This document shows, one piece after another, positions 10,156 to 22,329 of a DNA stretch of 36,895 nt (its first letter is position 1; the number at the start of each line of letters is the position of its first letter). The notes beneath the pieces are model-generated. The model was given only the letters and a program-made list of their open reading frames with translations. It was not told where the DNA came from and did not search any database. The stretch is from assembly GCF_004010195.1 (NCBI RefSeq), contig NC_057758.1, positions 7,633,114-7,670,008 on the forward strand, written 5' to 3'. Made by a program: the position numbers and the translations under genes. Source of the DNA: Chiloscyllium plagiosum (lineage: Eukaryota).

Positions 10156-11591
10156 GCTTCATTTTTATCCTGCCTATTAAATCTTCTGCAACAAGATTTG
10201 CGTTCACCTCTTCCATCGCTAAACTCTTGTAGAAATCCCCACTTGAAACTATGCTGAATTTGCTCTCCTTTAACGCAATAGCTCATTAACAAACCACAAA
10301 GGTTCACGTCATACTGCCCTGAACCATACTCCAACTTCACCTTTGTTTGGCTTTGACAAAGTGTCAGTTAAACTCGAAACGTCAGCTCGTTTCTCTCCTT
10401 ACAGATTCTGCCAGAGCTGCTGAGATTTTCCAGCATTTCCTCTTCTGGTTCCAACTTCACCTTGTCAAACACAGCAAACCCCACAAGGTACTTCCTAAAT
10501 TGAATGCAAACTTTCCTGATCTGCACACGCCTTTATTTAAAAGGAAAAGACATTCAACGTGTACATCTCAGTCAAATTACTTCCCACCCCGGCTCCCTTT
10601 TAATTGACACATTCCCTTTCTCAGACTCCACTTTCTCAACAGTTATTTGACACTTCATTGGGGGTACGCCGCTGAAAATCGAGATTTCTACTTCTGAAGT
10701 CACCTCAAAAGTTACTGATTGTTTTTTTTTCCAAATCCACCCGGGCTATCCTGTTATGTAGACCCACGTTGAAGAGAAAACGGAGGAGGTTGATCTTCCT
10801 GCTAATTTTGATTAATTATAAGTAGACTCCAATAACATTGTTACAAGTACGATTCATTGGCTTAAAACTTACAAATTCAAAGATGAATCTTCTTGTAATC
10901 CCAAATGGCTACATACAGTCGCATATACATGAAAGCAAGTGGCTCTTATGAACTATGAGAAAATTGGGAAAGCAATTCAGTGGTCCCGGTTTTCAGGACT
11001 GGACGAGTTGTTACCCTTCCTGATCAGAACATTGCTTTATGATCTTTCTTTTCTGGAAGATTTCTGTTTGCTGATTTACAGGAGGTACAGGATGTTGGTA
11101 AAGTTATTTAAAATCTCTGTTTTAGTCATTGAAACTCACACCTCAAAGCATCTGATGCTGGGAAGATAAATTGACATTTTTTCATTGTTAAGGTGGCATT
11201 TACTGCAGGAAAAGATTGAACTCCTCAGAAGCTGGAGTTCTGATCGCTTCTCTGGAGCTTATTCAGCTGGACAAACTGTCGAGTTATGTTAGGACTAATC
11301 ACATAATCATTGGCAACAGAAGGCCACTGTGATCGAAAACTGGTCGACAGAACAAATCAATTAATGTTAGCAACGAAATCTCTACTCGAAATCAACTTTC
11401 CGGCTCTAGTTTGTCAGCTAACTTCATCTCTCCTAATCCGAAACAGCAGCTGCAGAGGCAATGTTTCCAGTAAGCAAGAGGTTAATTGTTTTCAAAGCAT
11501 CAAATAACTCACCAGCAAACATGAGTATGAAAGCATTTGTGCACACTAAATGATCCGATACTGAGGTTCCAATTCTCTGTTCTTCCTTGGA

Positions 11592-12468
11592 ATAAACATC
11601 TTGATTATTTCGATTTTCTCTCTATGAAATTGCAACCTTACGTCACTTGTCATGTTCTGCCTTGTGACAATCTCAACATCGGATAAACTGGTCATTATAT
11701 TTGACATGGCAATGAGGCACAATCCTATCGTTTATAGGGAACACGTTCTTTTCCTGAAGACTCTCCCACCGTGTAATATTCACGCTGCTCTGCTTTATAC
11801 TGTCACAGGCTGGGTTTACTGGCAATTTCATCTTCATTGATTTTTGGCCATTTCTGGTCAGAAGTCGGAAAGGAAATCTTTCATGAATAAGTCTTTGAAT
11901 GAGGTTTCGGTTGGAGTGATTGTGTTGAGCATTACATTGAACATTCCCTGGGTTTTGATGTTAATAAGCCTGTGCACTCTTGAGAATGCTCGGTGGTTTT
12001 GTGTGGTTTTTAGTCGCTAGAACATTTCAGTAGAATGAACAACAAATGAGTTCCTGCAACATACTTTAACAACATGTGTTCATTTTATTCTGATTCTTTT
12101 TCGCAACCCTTCTACTAACATTAACATCTCTGTGACCAGCAAAAACGGCAGGATACTCCGAGGCTCACAAAAGTGGGAAGGTTTCCAGAGACCCAGAGAC
12201 GGAGTATCAAAGGAAATCATTCAGTTTATTGCTTGTTATCTCAGGAGCTTTTGCCTTGTTGAGAAGAATATTGATGTTTTACTCTTTGTGGAGACGTATG
12301 CATTTCTTTGACTACGGATTCATGTAAATGTTCGTCCTGGTATGTAAAATTGGCTTCATCATATACCTGCTGAGATGCGACACATGCATTTATTCCATGA
12401 CCCACTGAGTTCAGAGAGTGTGGAAGGTTGTGCTGAAATATCCCTTTTTTTCATTCTTAAATGACTAA
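11592..12468 (+). pseudogene. GPR139-like class A GPCR pseudogene (main coding exon)
   Basis: Composite translation: INILIISIFSL*NCNL...SDKLVIIFD...PPCNIHAALLY...FLAISGQK...WFC...EFLQHTLTTCVHFILIL...RDPETEYQRKSFSLLLVISG...IGF..LLRC.TCIYSMT...VLKYPF. Matches the shark GPR139-like family pattern, with several stops and frameshifts. Exon 1 possibly ends at 11469 (|GTAAGC). Confidence 0.85.
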
Positions 12469-12898
12469 ACAGTGAAATGAACCAAATTAATTATTGAGTA
12501 TGAAATGTGCTGCCTCATTGTGTGTCTCATTTTCTTCAAGTTTTGAATCAACTGTTATATACCATAACAATGGTGCAGATTCTGCCGCTCTTCAGTTGAT
12601 TTCGTGGAATCGGGTTGTGAATAATGCCAGGAGCCTCGAGTTCGCCAGACTAGCCATCGTAACACTGGATCAAAAATGGAGAAGAGGTTCGAGTAAGTAG
12701 AGTTTTGTTGAGTATTGCTATGGGACAAGATGTGGTAAATGAAGCTAGGCCAGTGGCATTAGAGAAAGTAGTAAAGGAAACCTTAAGAAGAGACGAGGAG
12801 CTGCAGGTAAATGCATAGCCCAGACAGGGTCTGGGTATGGAGTTAGTCCTTGGGTTCTTTAAGAATTCGCCACTGTGGGTAAACTGTACTCATTTAGT

Positions 12899-13226
12899 GG
12901 GCAGCACAGTGGTTAGCACTGCTGCCTCACAGCGCCAGAGACCAGGGTCCATTTCCAGCCTCAGGTGACACTCTGTGTGGAGTTTGCACATTCTCCCCGT
13001 GTCTGCGTGGGTTTCTTCTGGGTGCTCCGGTTTCCTCCCACAATTCAAAAATGTGCAGGTTAGGTGAATTGGCCACGCTAAATTGCTCGTAGTGTCAGGT
13101 GAAGGGGTAAATGTAGGAGAATGGGCCTGGGTGGGTCGCGCTTCGGCGGGTCGGTGTGGACCTTTTGGGCCGAAGGGCATTTTCCACACTGTAAGTAATC
13201 TAATATAATCTAAGTAATCTAAAAAA
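12899..13226 (+). mobile_element. HE1-type SINE, near full length, nested in the Gypsy element
   Basis: tRNA-like head CAGTGGTTAGCACTGCTGCCTCACAGC, body TGTGTGGAGTTTGCACATTCTCCCCGTGTCTGCGTGGGTTT, and LINE-like tail with AATCT repeats. Confidence 0.93.
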
Positions 13227-14039
13227 CAGGGGAAGAATGACATGAAGTTGGAATGTTGAGAGATACATGATGTAGCCATTCTCTAATAGTAGGAGATAAG
13301 AGAATTTGCACTCTTTCCGATCTGTTATTCGAAAGTATGTTACAATGTGGGATAGGTGGACAGAAATTTAGCCTTCTTCTGTGTAATATCTGTTTGGCGT
13401 GCCAACATAAGACAGGGGAGGAAACAGTGGGCGTGATTGACAGAGTGTCAGTACCAGGAATCCAGTTTGTTCTTGGGAATCATTTTGCAGGATCCAAGGT
13501 GGGAGTGATACCGCTTGTTGTGGAAAAGCCCAAGGAAGACCAAGAACCTGAGGGAATTAGAAGAAAGATATCCTGGTATTTTCACAGATTGTGTATTCAC
13601 AATATCCTAACATAATAAGCCAAAGTACGAAGCAAACATTAATGAGAAAGATGAAGGAGTACGGGTTCAGTTAGAGGACACCGTGTTTGATATAATGGTC
13701 TTGGAAAATCTGAACAGGCAGAAGGTCAAGCAAAAGTGTTTAGTCCTCAAGGTCACGTCTTGGTATGAAAAGCTGAGGCTAAGGTACATAAACATGTTTA
13801 ATGGCATGGAATGCAAAGCTAAAGCTGTTAACTTTTGTCGTGCGTGTCATACATGTCAAATGGCAGGTACGTTACACGTGGTCATCAAACCAGCACTTTT
13901 GTTGTCAATTCCCATGTTCGAAGAACATTTCACGTGGGATATAATTGATTGCGTAGATCGCCTCCAGATAACACAAAGAGAGAAAGAACTGGAGAAACAG
14001 GTGTTAGTTATTGCCCTGTAGAATGAGGAATCAATTGCT

Positions 14040-14185
14040 CATAGAGTCACAGAGTCCTATAGATTTAACTCATGGAAACAGACCATTCAGTCCGACCCGT
14101 CCATGCCGACCAGATATCCCAACCCAATCTAGTCCCACCTGCCAGCACTCGGGCCATATCCAACCAAATCCTTCCTCTTCATATG
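14040..14185 (-). mobile_element. CR1/HER1 LINE 3' end nested in the Gypsy element (paralog at 34650-34790)
   Basis: ATAGAGTCACAGAGTC...GGAAACAGACCATTCAGTCC is the reverse complement of a (GACTCTAT)n-tailed LINE end. Confidence 0.8.
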
Positions 14186-15770
14186 TTTAAAAATGTGAAG
14201 AAGTGGGAGGGGGATACGCTTGTAAACTTGTGGGTAAACTAGATATATTCGGCCGTTGAAAAGTTTGCTACTGCAGTATGAGGACAAATATAGGAATTAG
14301 ATGGGGAGGAGTAATGCTGTTGCACATGAATTAGACGTCTTAAATGCTCTTTTATTCAAACAACACCCCTATAGGCTCAAACTTTAAAGGCCAGTCAGGT
14401 CCACAATGAGTTTGAAGCCATACTCAACGAGGATGTCTTTGAACTGAGTCAGTTCAAGTGGAGTTCGCTGATTGTCTTAGTTCCCAAATGGAACGAGAGT
14501 CAATGATGTTGGGTCGATTATTGGAAGGTCAGAGCCATTAAAAATTAGGAGTAATTTCCAAAACCGAAATTTCAGGACTGTATTGAGAAAGTTGAACAGT
14601 CTAGTTACATCACCAAATTGGACATACTGCGTGGATACTGGCAGGTAACGTTATGGAAACGGTCAAGTTCATTTCTGCGTTTCTAACCTCAAATGGGCAA
14701 CATCAATTCAAAGTAATGCCCTATGGAACGAAGAACACACCTGCACATTCCAAAGAGACACGACCAGATTTATGGCCGTTTTAACAAACTATGAAATCGA
14801 TTTGGATGATGTCGTGACCTTTCGTAAGTCCTGGAGAGATCACATGGTACAGTTGACAGAGATCTTCAAACGAATATGAGAAGCAGAACCGGTTATTAAC
14901 TTAAACAATGCTGAATTCGCGAAATAAGAGTTTACTTTCTTGGTGCATAACGTCACTCATGGAAGGTTGACCCCACGGAAAGCAAAGATGTAGATAGTCG
15001 AGGAATTTCCACGACCAACCTCAAAGAAAGAGGTGCTTTGATACTTGAGGTTAAGCTGATTCTAATGGAATATTCTTCCAACCTTCAGCTGGATAGTGTC
15101 ACCATTAACCGATTTGCTGAAGAAAAGCACAAAGTTCCAGTGACAGAGCAATGCCAGGAGGCGTTCGAACATTTAAAGCAATATTAACCCCTGCACCAGT
15201 TTTAGCTGCACTAATCTTTTTGAAATCTTTCAAACTTGTGAAAGATCCTCGTGACTTAGGAGTTGAAGCTGTACTGCTAAAGGGACATGATGATGGGATT
15301 GAACTGCCAGTTGGCTACTTTTCGAAGAAACTCAACATCCACCAGAGAAACGCTCCACGGTCAGAAGAGAACATTGGGTTTGTTACTGGCCTGACAACAT
15401 TTAATGTGTACATCACGAACAATGTGTCGCAGATGGTTGTGTACACAGATCATACCCCTCTCACATTGTTTGAACGCTTGAAAGACAAGAATATGAACCT
15501 ATTCTGTTGGAATTGTATCATAGAGAACTGTAATTTACAAATCAAACCATTTGTGAATCGTAAGAAAGTAATCACAAATGTGTTATTATGGATTTAACAC
15601 AATGTCGAGATTAAATTGGTAGCTATTCAATGTTGTGTGTGTGAGTGTGTGTATCACACATACATGCATGCACAGAAATGGGAAGAGGTTACTATGAACT
15701 TAGATTAAAGGTATATGTATGTCATGATAATGTGGTTAATTAATGGTTCTTTATTTTTCTTCAGGGCAAG

Positions 15771-16210
15771 TGTTATAAAGGTGTAGTTGTGCACTGTAAC
15801 TTTCAGAGATAGGGGAAGCCAGCAAGGACTGACTGAAAGCGCAAAGAGTGCTGAACGTGGCTAAAAATGTCACACTTGATTGAACCAAGTTTCTGGAATT
15901 GCAATTTCATGGAACAAAACCAAATTTAAATTCGACCAATCAGTTTAAGCTGTGCGCCAGATGCAAAATTCCATTCAAATTTGATTTTAGTGTTTTGATG
16001 ACGCCAATCCAATGAAATGATCTGATGTTTTGCGGTATCAAACTGGATATCCTGAACAGTTGGGAGGAGAATTGCCAAACAGCAACAAGTATACACTGCT
16101 AGCCAAATAGCTCTGTGAAAAAGAAAAGGTGTTCAGCAGAAGACCAGAGAAAAGACGATCCAGGAAAACCCAGACGAAAATCGACTAAGCTGACTGATTC
16201 TGAAACGTGA
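15771..16210 (+). mobile_element. Probable 3' LTR (partial) of the Gypsy element
   Basis: Begins TGTTA after purine-rich AGGGCAAG, downstream of RNase H, and contains CCAAT boxes. A matching TAACA end followed by (C)TGG occurs at 12660-12668. The right boundary is approximate. Confidence 0.5.
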
Positions 16211-16350
16211 CTCTATTATTTTCCCTTGGACAGGCCATGGCTTTAGAAACCTCTGCCAAAGAGGCTTTCAGGAGTGACAGCAATGCTTTGGCACACGTTG
16301 CTGTCCCTCTTTGGAGACGTTGGTGAGAGTCAATGTTTAATGGATTGTCA

Positions 16351-16600
16351 ATCAAACAGGTTGGGGAGAAAGTGAGGTCTGCAGATGCTGGAGATCAGAG
16401 CTGAAAATGTGTTGCTGGAACAGCGCAGCAGGTCAGGCAGCATCCAGGGAACAGGAGAATCGACGTTTCGGGCATAAGCCCTTTTCAGGAATATTTCAAT
16501 ACATACATCCTGAAGAAGGGCTTATGCCCGAGACGTCGATTCGCCTGTTCCCTGGATGCTGACTGACCTGCTGCGCTGTTCCAGTCATCAAACAGGTTGG
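16351..16600. mobile_element. Palindromic PLE-end insertion (16365-16586) with a 14-bp TSD and two hammerhead motifs
   Basis: TSD ATCAAACAGGTTGG at 16351-16364 and 16587-16600; inverted arms 16415-16490 and 16508-16584. Confidence 0.92.
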
Positions 16601-16751
16601 ATAATTCTGGACTGAGCAATGCACTTTCAATATTGATGCCAAAGCTAATGGCGCCCTCAGATTTATGCTGTGACTTGTTGATAGCTCGCAATGAATTGTC
16701 AGCTCCAGGATATTGATCATGTGTCACTGAGCGATTAAAGCATCGTCAAAT

Positions 16752-16901
16752 NNNNNNNNNNNNNNNNNNNNNNNNNNNNNNNNNNNNNNNNNNNNNNNNN
16801 NNNNNNNNNNNNNNNNNNNNNNNNNNNNNNNNNNNNNNNNNNNNNNNNNNNNNNNNNNNNNNNNNNNNNNNNNNNNNNNNNNNNNNNNNNNNNNNNNNNN
16901 N
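16752..16901. other. Assembly gap (150 N)
   Basis: Run of N. Confidence 0.99.
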
Positions 16902-19815
16902 TAAGCTTGAGGCAGACTAGGAATGCAGCAAAAAGGAAGGATATCTTAAGACATCTTATGACTTCCAATATTTCTAATGATAAGAAAGTTAGCATTAAGG
17001 CACTTTACCTGAATGCTCATAGCATTCGTAACATAGTAGATGAACTAACGCCACAGATCATGGTGAATGATTATGATGTGGTAGGCATCACAGAAACGTG
17101 GTTGCAGGGCTTTCAGGACTGGCAGTTAATCATCCAAGTATTTACAACTTATCGAAAAGACAGGGAGGTGGGCATAGGGGGCTGGGTGGCCTTGTTAGTT
17201 AAGAACACAATTAAATCTATAGCACTGAATGACATGGGGTCGGATGATGTGGGTGGAATTGAGAAACCACAAAGTCAAAAAAAAACCAAAGTGGGAGTTA
17301 TGTACAGACCTCTTAACAGCGGTCAGGACCAGGGACGCAACATGTACCGGGAAATACACAAGGCATGTCAGAAAGGCAAGGTCATGGTAATCATGGGGGA
17401 CTTCATAATGCAGGTGGACTGGGTAAATAATGTTGCCAGTGGATCCAAAGAAAGAGAATTCATGGAATGCTTACAGGATGGCTTTTTAGAACAGCTTGTC
17501 ATGGATCCACAAGTCAGCAGGCTATTCTGGACCTCGTGCTATGTAATGAACCAGACTTTATAAATGATCTTAAAGTAAGGGAACACTTAGGAAGCAGCGA
17601 TCATAATATGGTAAAGTTCAGTCGCAAGTTTGAAAGAGAGAAGGCAAAATCGGATGTAATGGTGTTACAGTTAAATAAAGGTAATTTATGAAGGCATTAG
17701 AGAGGAAATGCCAAAAATCGACTGGAAGCAGAGCCTAGCGGGGAAGACAGTGGAGCAAAACTGGAAGGAGTTTGTGGGTATAATTGAGGACACAGTACAG
17801 AGGTTCAACCCGAAGATAAGAAAGATTATCTGGGGAGGGATTAGACAGCCATGGCTGACAAAGGAAGTCAAGAAATGTGTCAAAGAAAAAGAGAGATCCT
17901 ATAAAGTGGCCAAAAGCACTGGGAAATCAGAAGATCGGGAAGGCTACAAAAACAAACTGTGGATAACAAAGAGATAAATAAGAAAGGAGAGCATCAAATA
18001 TGAAGGTAGGCTAGCCAGTAATATTAGAATTGATAGTAAAAGATTCCTTCAATACATAAGAAACAAACGACAGGCAAAAGTAGACATTGGGCCACTTCAA
18101 ACTGATGCTGGAAGGCTAGTGATGGGAGATAAGGAAATAGCTGGAGAACTTAATAAGTACTTTGCGTCAGTCTTCACAGTGGAAGACATGAGTAATATTC
18201 CAACAATTAAAGGGAGTCATGGGGCTGAGTTGAGTATGGTTGCCATTACAAAAGAGAAAGTGTTAGAAAAGCTAAAAGGTCTTAAAATTGATAAATCTCC
18301 TGGGTCCGATGGGCTACATCCTAGAGTTCTGAGGGATTTGGCTGAGGAAATAGCGGAGGCGTTGGTTGAGATCTTTCAAAAGTCACTGGAGTCAGGGAAA
18401 ATCCCGGATGATTGGAAGATCGCTGTTGAAACCCCCTTGTTCAAGAAAGGATCAAGACAAAAGATGGAAAATTATAGGCCAATTAGCCTAACCTCGGTTG
18501 TTGGTAAAATTCTAGAATCCATCGTTAAGGATGAGGATTTTAAATTCTTGGAAGAACAGGGTCGGATTAGAACGAGTCAACATAGATTTAGTAAGGGGAG
18601 GTCGTACCTGACAAACCCGTTAGAATTCTTTGAAGAGGTGACAAGTAGGTTATACCAGGGAAATCCAGTGGATGTGGTCTATCTAGACTTCCAAAAGGCC
18701 TTTGAGAAGGTGCCACATGGGAGGCTGCTGAGTCAGGTGTTCGAGGTGAGCTACTGGCATGGATTGAGGATTGGCTGTCTGACAGAAGGCAGAGAGTTGC
18801 GAGAAAAGATTATTTTTGGGAATGGCAGCCGGTGACAAGCGGTGTCTCATAGGGTTCAGTGTTGGAGCCGCAGCTGTTCACGTTATATATTAATGATCTG
18901 GATGAAGGGACTGGGGGCATTCTAGCGAAGTTTGCCGATGATACGAAGTTAGGTGAACAGGCAGGTAGTACTGAGGAATTGGGGAGGCTGCAGAAGGATC
19001 TAGACCGTTTGGGAGAGTGGTCCGGGAAATGGCTGATGAAATTCAATGTGAGCAAATGCGAGGTCTTGCACTTTGGAAAAAAAGAATACAAGAATGGACT
19101 ACTTTCTAAACGGTGAGAAAATTTATGAAGCCAAAGTACAAAGGGAGCTGGGAGTGCTAGTCGAGGAATCTCTAAAGGTAAACATGCAGGTTGAATCCGT
19201 GCTTAAGAAAGCGAATGCAATGTTGTCATTTCTCTCAAGAGGGTTGGAATATAAAAGCACCGTTGTGCTACAGAGACTTTATAAAGCTCGGGTTGGGCCC
19301 CATTTGGAGTACTGTGTCCAGTTTTGATCCCTATACCTCAGGAAGGTCATACTGGCACTGGAGCGTGTCCAGCAGAGATTCACACGGATGATCCCTAGAA
19401 TGGTAGGTCTAACATACGAGCTACGGCTGAGGATCCTGGGATTGTGTTCATTGGAGTTTTGAAGGTTAAGGTGAGATCTAATAGAAACTTACAACATAAC
19501 ACGTGGCTTGGAAAGGGTGGACGCTAGGAAATTGTTTCCGTTAGGCCAGGAGACTAGGACCCGTGGACACAGCCTTAGAATTAGAGGGGGTCAATTCAGA
19601 ACAGAAATACGGGGAAATTTCTTCAGCCAGAGCGTGCTGGGCCTGTGGAATTCATTGCCGTGGAGTGCTGTGGAGGCCGGGACGCTAAATGTCTTCAAGG
19701 CAGGGATTGATAAATTCTTGATATCAATGCCCATCAGCCATGATTAAATTGCGGAGTGCACTCGATGGGCCGAATGGCCTTACTTCCACTCCTATGTCAT
19801 ATGTTTTTATAGTCT
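16902..19815 (+). mobile_element. CR1-clade LINE ORF2 (APE endonuclease plus RT) and 3' UTR, frameshifted; copy A
   Basis: YLNAHSI, GITETW, MGDF, SDH (endonuclease); KSPGSDG, NYRPISLTS, YLDFQKAF, KFADDTKL (RT); tail CCTATGTCATATG. Confidence 0.97.
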
Positions 19816-19990
19816 TATTTTGAGAAACTCCCTTCCACTCCTACTCACTGTTTCCTGTTGTCCAGCCAGTTCACTCTCCATCCAGCTAGAACACCCTGAA
19901 CCCCATGTGCCTTCATCTTCTCCATGAGCATATCATGGGGAACGTTATGAGACGCCTTTCTAAAGTCCATGTTATGACATCTACAGCCCT
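19815..19990 (-). mobile_element. Older CR1 RT fragment flanking the younger LINE
   Basis: MDFRKASHNVPHDMLMEKMKAHGVQG..NWLDNRKQ in ORF 19845..20066. Confidence 0.85.
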
Positions 19991-20454
19991 TCCCGCAATA
20001 GTGCATACCATTCTCGTGCTTACAGATTGAAGTGTGATGCTCCCTCAGACGTGACTCTATCACCATAAGTGCCGTCTTTTGTACGGAATATCCGCCGCAT
20101 CCTCAGCACTGACCAACTGACAATGTCCTCTGCCTGGGGACAGACCATCTGGCAGCATAACACTTCTTCAGATTGGCCCACTTTTAATGTAGGGATCCCT
20201 CTGTACTGACCACTATTACATGACACCTGCTTTGTTGCAATTAATTTTGAGCATTTAAAGTGAGGAGGATGTTCTGTCTATACATGGACAGTAATGAAGA
20301 TTTGGCAGACCGATTGGCAGGATGGCAGGACTGACGCATGATTAGAGACTATGTAGGTAAGAACTATTATTCATGCAGTGGGAATGGGGAGTGGAGTTCT
20401 CAACAGATTATCTGAGGTCACCTACAGTACACAAAATAGGCAATTTCACCCAAC

Positions 20455-20713
20455 AAGACAACGACCACCATCCGAAGAGTAACCTACCCAGAGCCATTCG
20501 CCTATCCTATATTTACCCCTGATTAATGCCCCGAGCACGATGGGCAATTTAGCATTGCCAATTCACCTGACCAGCATTTCTTCAGATTGTGGGAGGAAAC
20601 CCAAGCACCCGGAGGAAGCACATGCAGACAGGATGATAATGTGCAGACTCCACACAGAGATTCGCCTGAGGGGGGAATCAAACTTGAGATCCTAGTGTTG
20701 TGAGGCAGCAGTG
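20455..20713 (-). mobile_element. HE1-type SINE (5' end runs into the gap)
   Basis: Reverse complement of ~28420-28690. Confidence 0.88.
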
Positions 20714-21213
20714 NNNNNNNNNNNNNNNNNNNNNNNNNNNNNNNNNNNNNNNNNNNNNNNNNNNNNNNNNNNNNNNNNNNNNNNNNNNNNNNNNNNNNNN
20801 NNNNNNNNNNNNNNNNNNNNNNNNNNNNNNNNNNNNNNNNNNNNNNNNNNNNNNNNNNNNNNNNNNNNNNNNNNNNNNNNNNNNNNNNNNNNNNNNNNNN
20901 NNNNNNNNNNNNNNNNNNNNNNNNNNNNNNNNNNNNNNNNNNNNNNNNNNNNNNNNNNNNNNNNNNNNNNNNNNNNNNNNNNNNNNNNNNNNNNNNNNNN
21001 NNNNNNNNNNNNNNNNNNNNNNNNNNNNNNNNNNNNNNNNNNNNNNNNNNNNNNNNNNNNNNNNNNNNNNNNNNNNNNNNNNNNNNNNNNNNNNNNNNNN
21101 NNNNNNNNNNNNNNNNNNNNNNNNNNNNNNNNNNNNNNNNNNNNNNNNNNNNNNNNNNNNNNNNNNNNNNNNNNNNNNNNNNNNNNNNNNNNNNNNNNNN
21201 NNNNNNNNNNNNN
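20714..21213. other. Assembly gap (500 N)
   Basis: Run of N. Confidence 0.99.
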
Positions 21214-22030
21214 GACATGTCTATATGAGGGGAACATGCAATGTGGATTCAGTGTTGTTACTTAAAATAATAGACTAGGCTGCCACAATGCTCAGGTTCG
21301 AGTACTGGTGGAACCTGATTCCGATCAGTTCTATATATCCCCACTGTTCGATGTGGTCAGCCGTTTATGTTGACTAAAGCAGATTCCGACCTGTGCCATT
21401 CACTTTCCTCAAAGCATTCTATATATATGGAATTCTCTTAACAGACAATCGGATTGGCTGGACGAGGGAGGGTACTTGTTGGAAAGTCAGCAAGGGGACT
21501 CCATTCCCAGGTTTGGATGTACTTACTGGGATCACACAGAGTTAGACGCCAAATTTGAGGACATCCAGGGCCATCATCTCTGGAGTTTGTGTCCTTCCAG
21601 TGGGGCAAGGATATACAGGGAATGCTCCTGATCGAAGCTGCGACTTGGCGGGAAGCAATGATTCTGTAATACTGTCTGTGTGCGATGTATTAGGTGTGAT
21701 GATGCTCTTGCCTTTTCCTAACTTCCCCTCTCCTTCAGTCGGTATGAACAGACAAAGAAATCACAATGAAAAATGAGTAATGGGCAATGTGCTGCAATCA
21801 ATGCTAGAAGTTTTATTACCACAAGTCAGAATGTAATGCTTCAGGGGTGACTAAATTGATCCACTGTAGCTGAACCTGAACAACAAGGAATACAGTTAGT
21901 ATCAGTCCCAGCCTCAGAGGGAGTATATGTGGGACAATTCCCAATCACTCAATCATTAGTTCTTACAGCAGCGTAACCTGCTGTATATTGTTGGAGTTTC
22001 CAGAGTTACTCGTTCAGATTCAAGTTCCAT
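21214..22030 (-). pseudogene. Decayed TCR-alpha-like IgSF gene: leader 22030-21967, pre-joined VJ exon 21875-21527, C-like exon 21457 to the gap
   Basis: ATG exon ends in phase 1 at |GTAAGA; ACTAAC branch point and TTGTTCAG| acceptor. One frame reads GNKTSSIDCSTLPITHFSL*F...EGEGK...SLLPAKSQLRSGAFPVYPC-17aa-FGV*LCVIP|GTAAGT. After a 69-bp intron the next exon has ENSIYI...GIC(L)V...YSNLSIV. Confidence 0.65.
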
Positions 22031-22164
22031 TCGTGTGCATCCCTTCTGTACTCTCTCTCGAACAATGATGCGCTCCCTGTAATTTGCTATCAAATTTCCA
22101 CAACAAACCCCCGGCTTTGTTCAAATCAGTGAGTCACAGAAATCAGTGTTCAATCCTTATTTTC

Positions 22165-22269
22165 NNNNNNNNNNNNNNNNNNNNNNNNNNNNNNNNNNNN
22201 NNNNNNNNNNNNNNNNNNNNNNNNNNNNNNNNNNNNNNNNNNNNNNNNNNNNNNNNNNNNNNNNNNNNN
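22165..22269. other. Assembly gap (105 N)
   Basis: Run of N. Confidence 0.99.
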
Positions 22270-22329
22270 GCGACAGATTGCTATCATTCTGCTAATTTGG
22301 TTAAGTAAATTTCCCTCGACAGTGTCAGC

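Larger units (their letters stand above)
12721..15600 (+). mobile_element. Gmr1-like Gypsy LTR retrotransposon internal region (protease remnant, truncated integrase, RT, RNase H), decayed
   Basis: FCRACHTCQ..IKPA..IP.FEEHF..IIDCV (integrase) precedes KQHPYRL, ITKLDILRGYWQV and DLDDVV (RT) and LPVGYFSKKLN..VYTDH.PL (RNase H). Confidence 0.9.

Noticed and set aside
20010..20226. ORF shared with 28839..29102, with an adjacent-frame SRLREH word
   Set aside because: Possibly a PLE endonuclease remnant but too short to call; shared only because of the duplication.
21596..21623. RSS-like TCCAGTG-12bp-ACAGGGAAT next to the J-like motif
   Set aside because: It lacks the essential CAC and has a poor nonamer. 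It overlaps the in-frame VYPC codons, so a continuous VJ exon explains it better.
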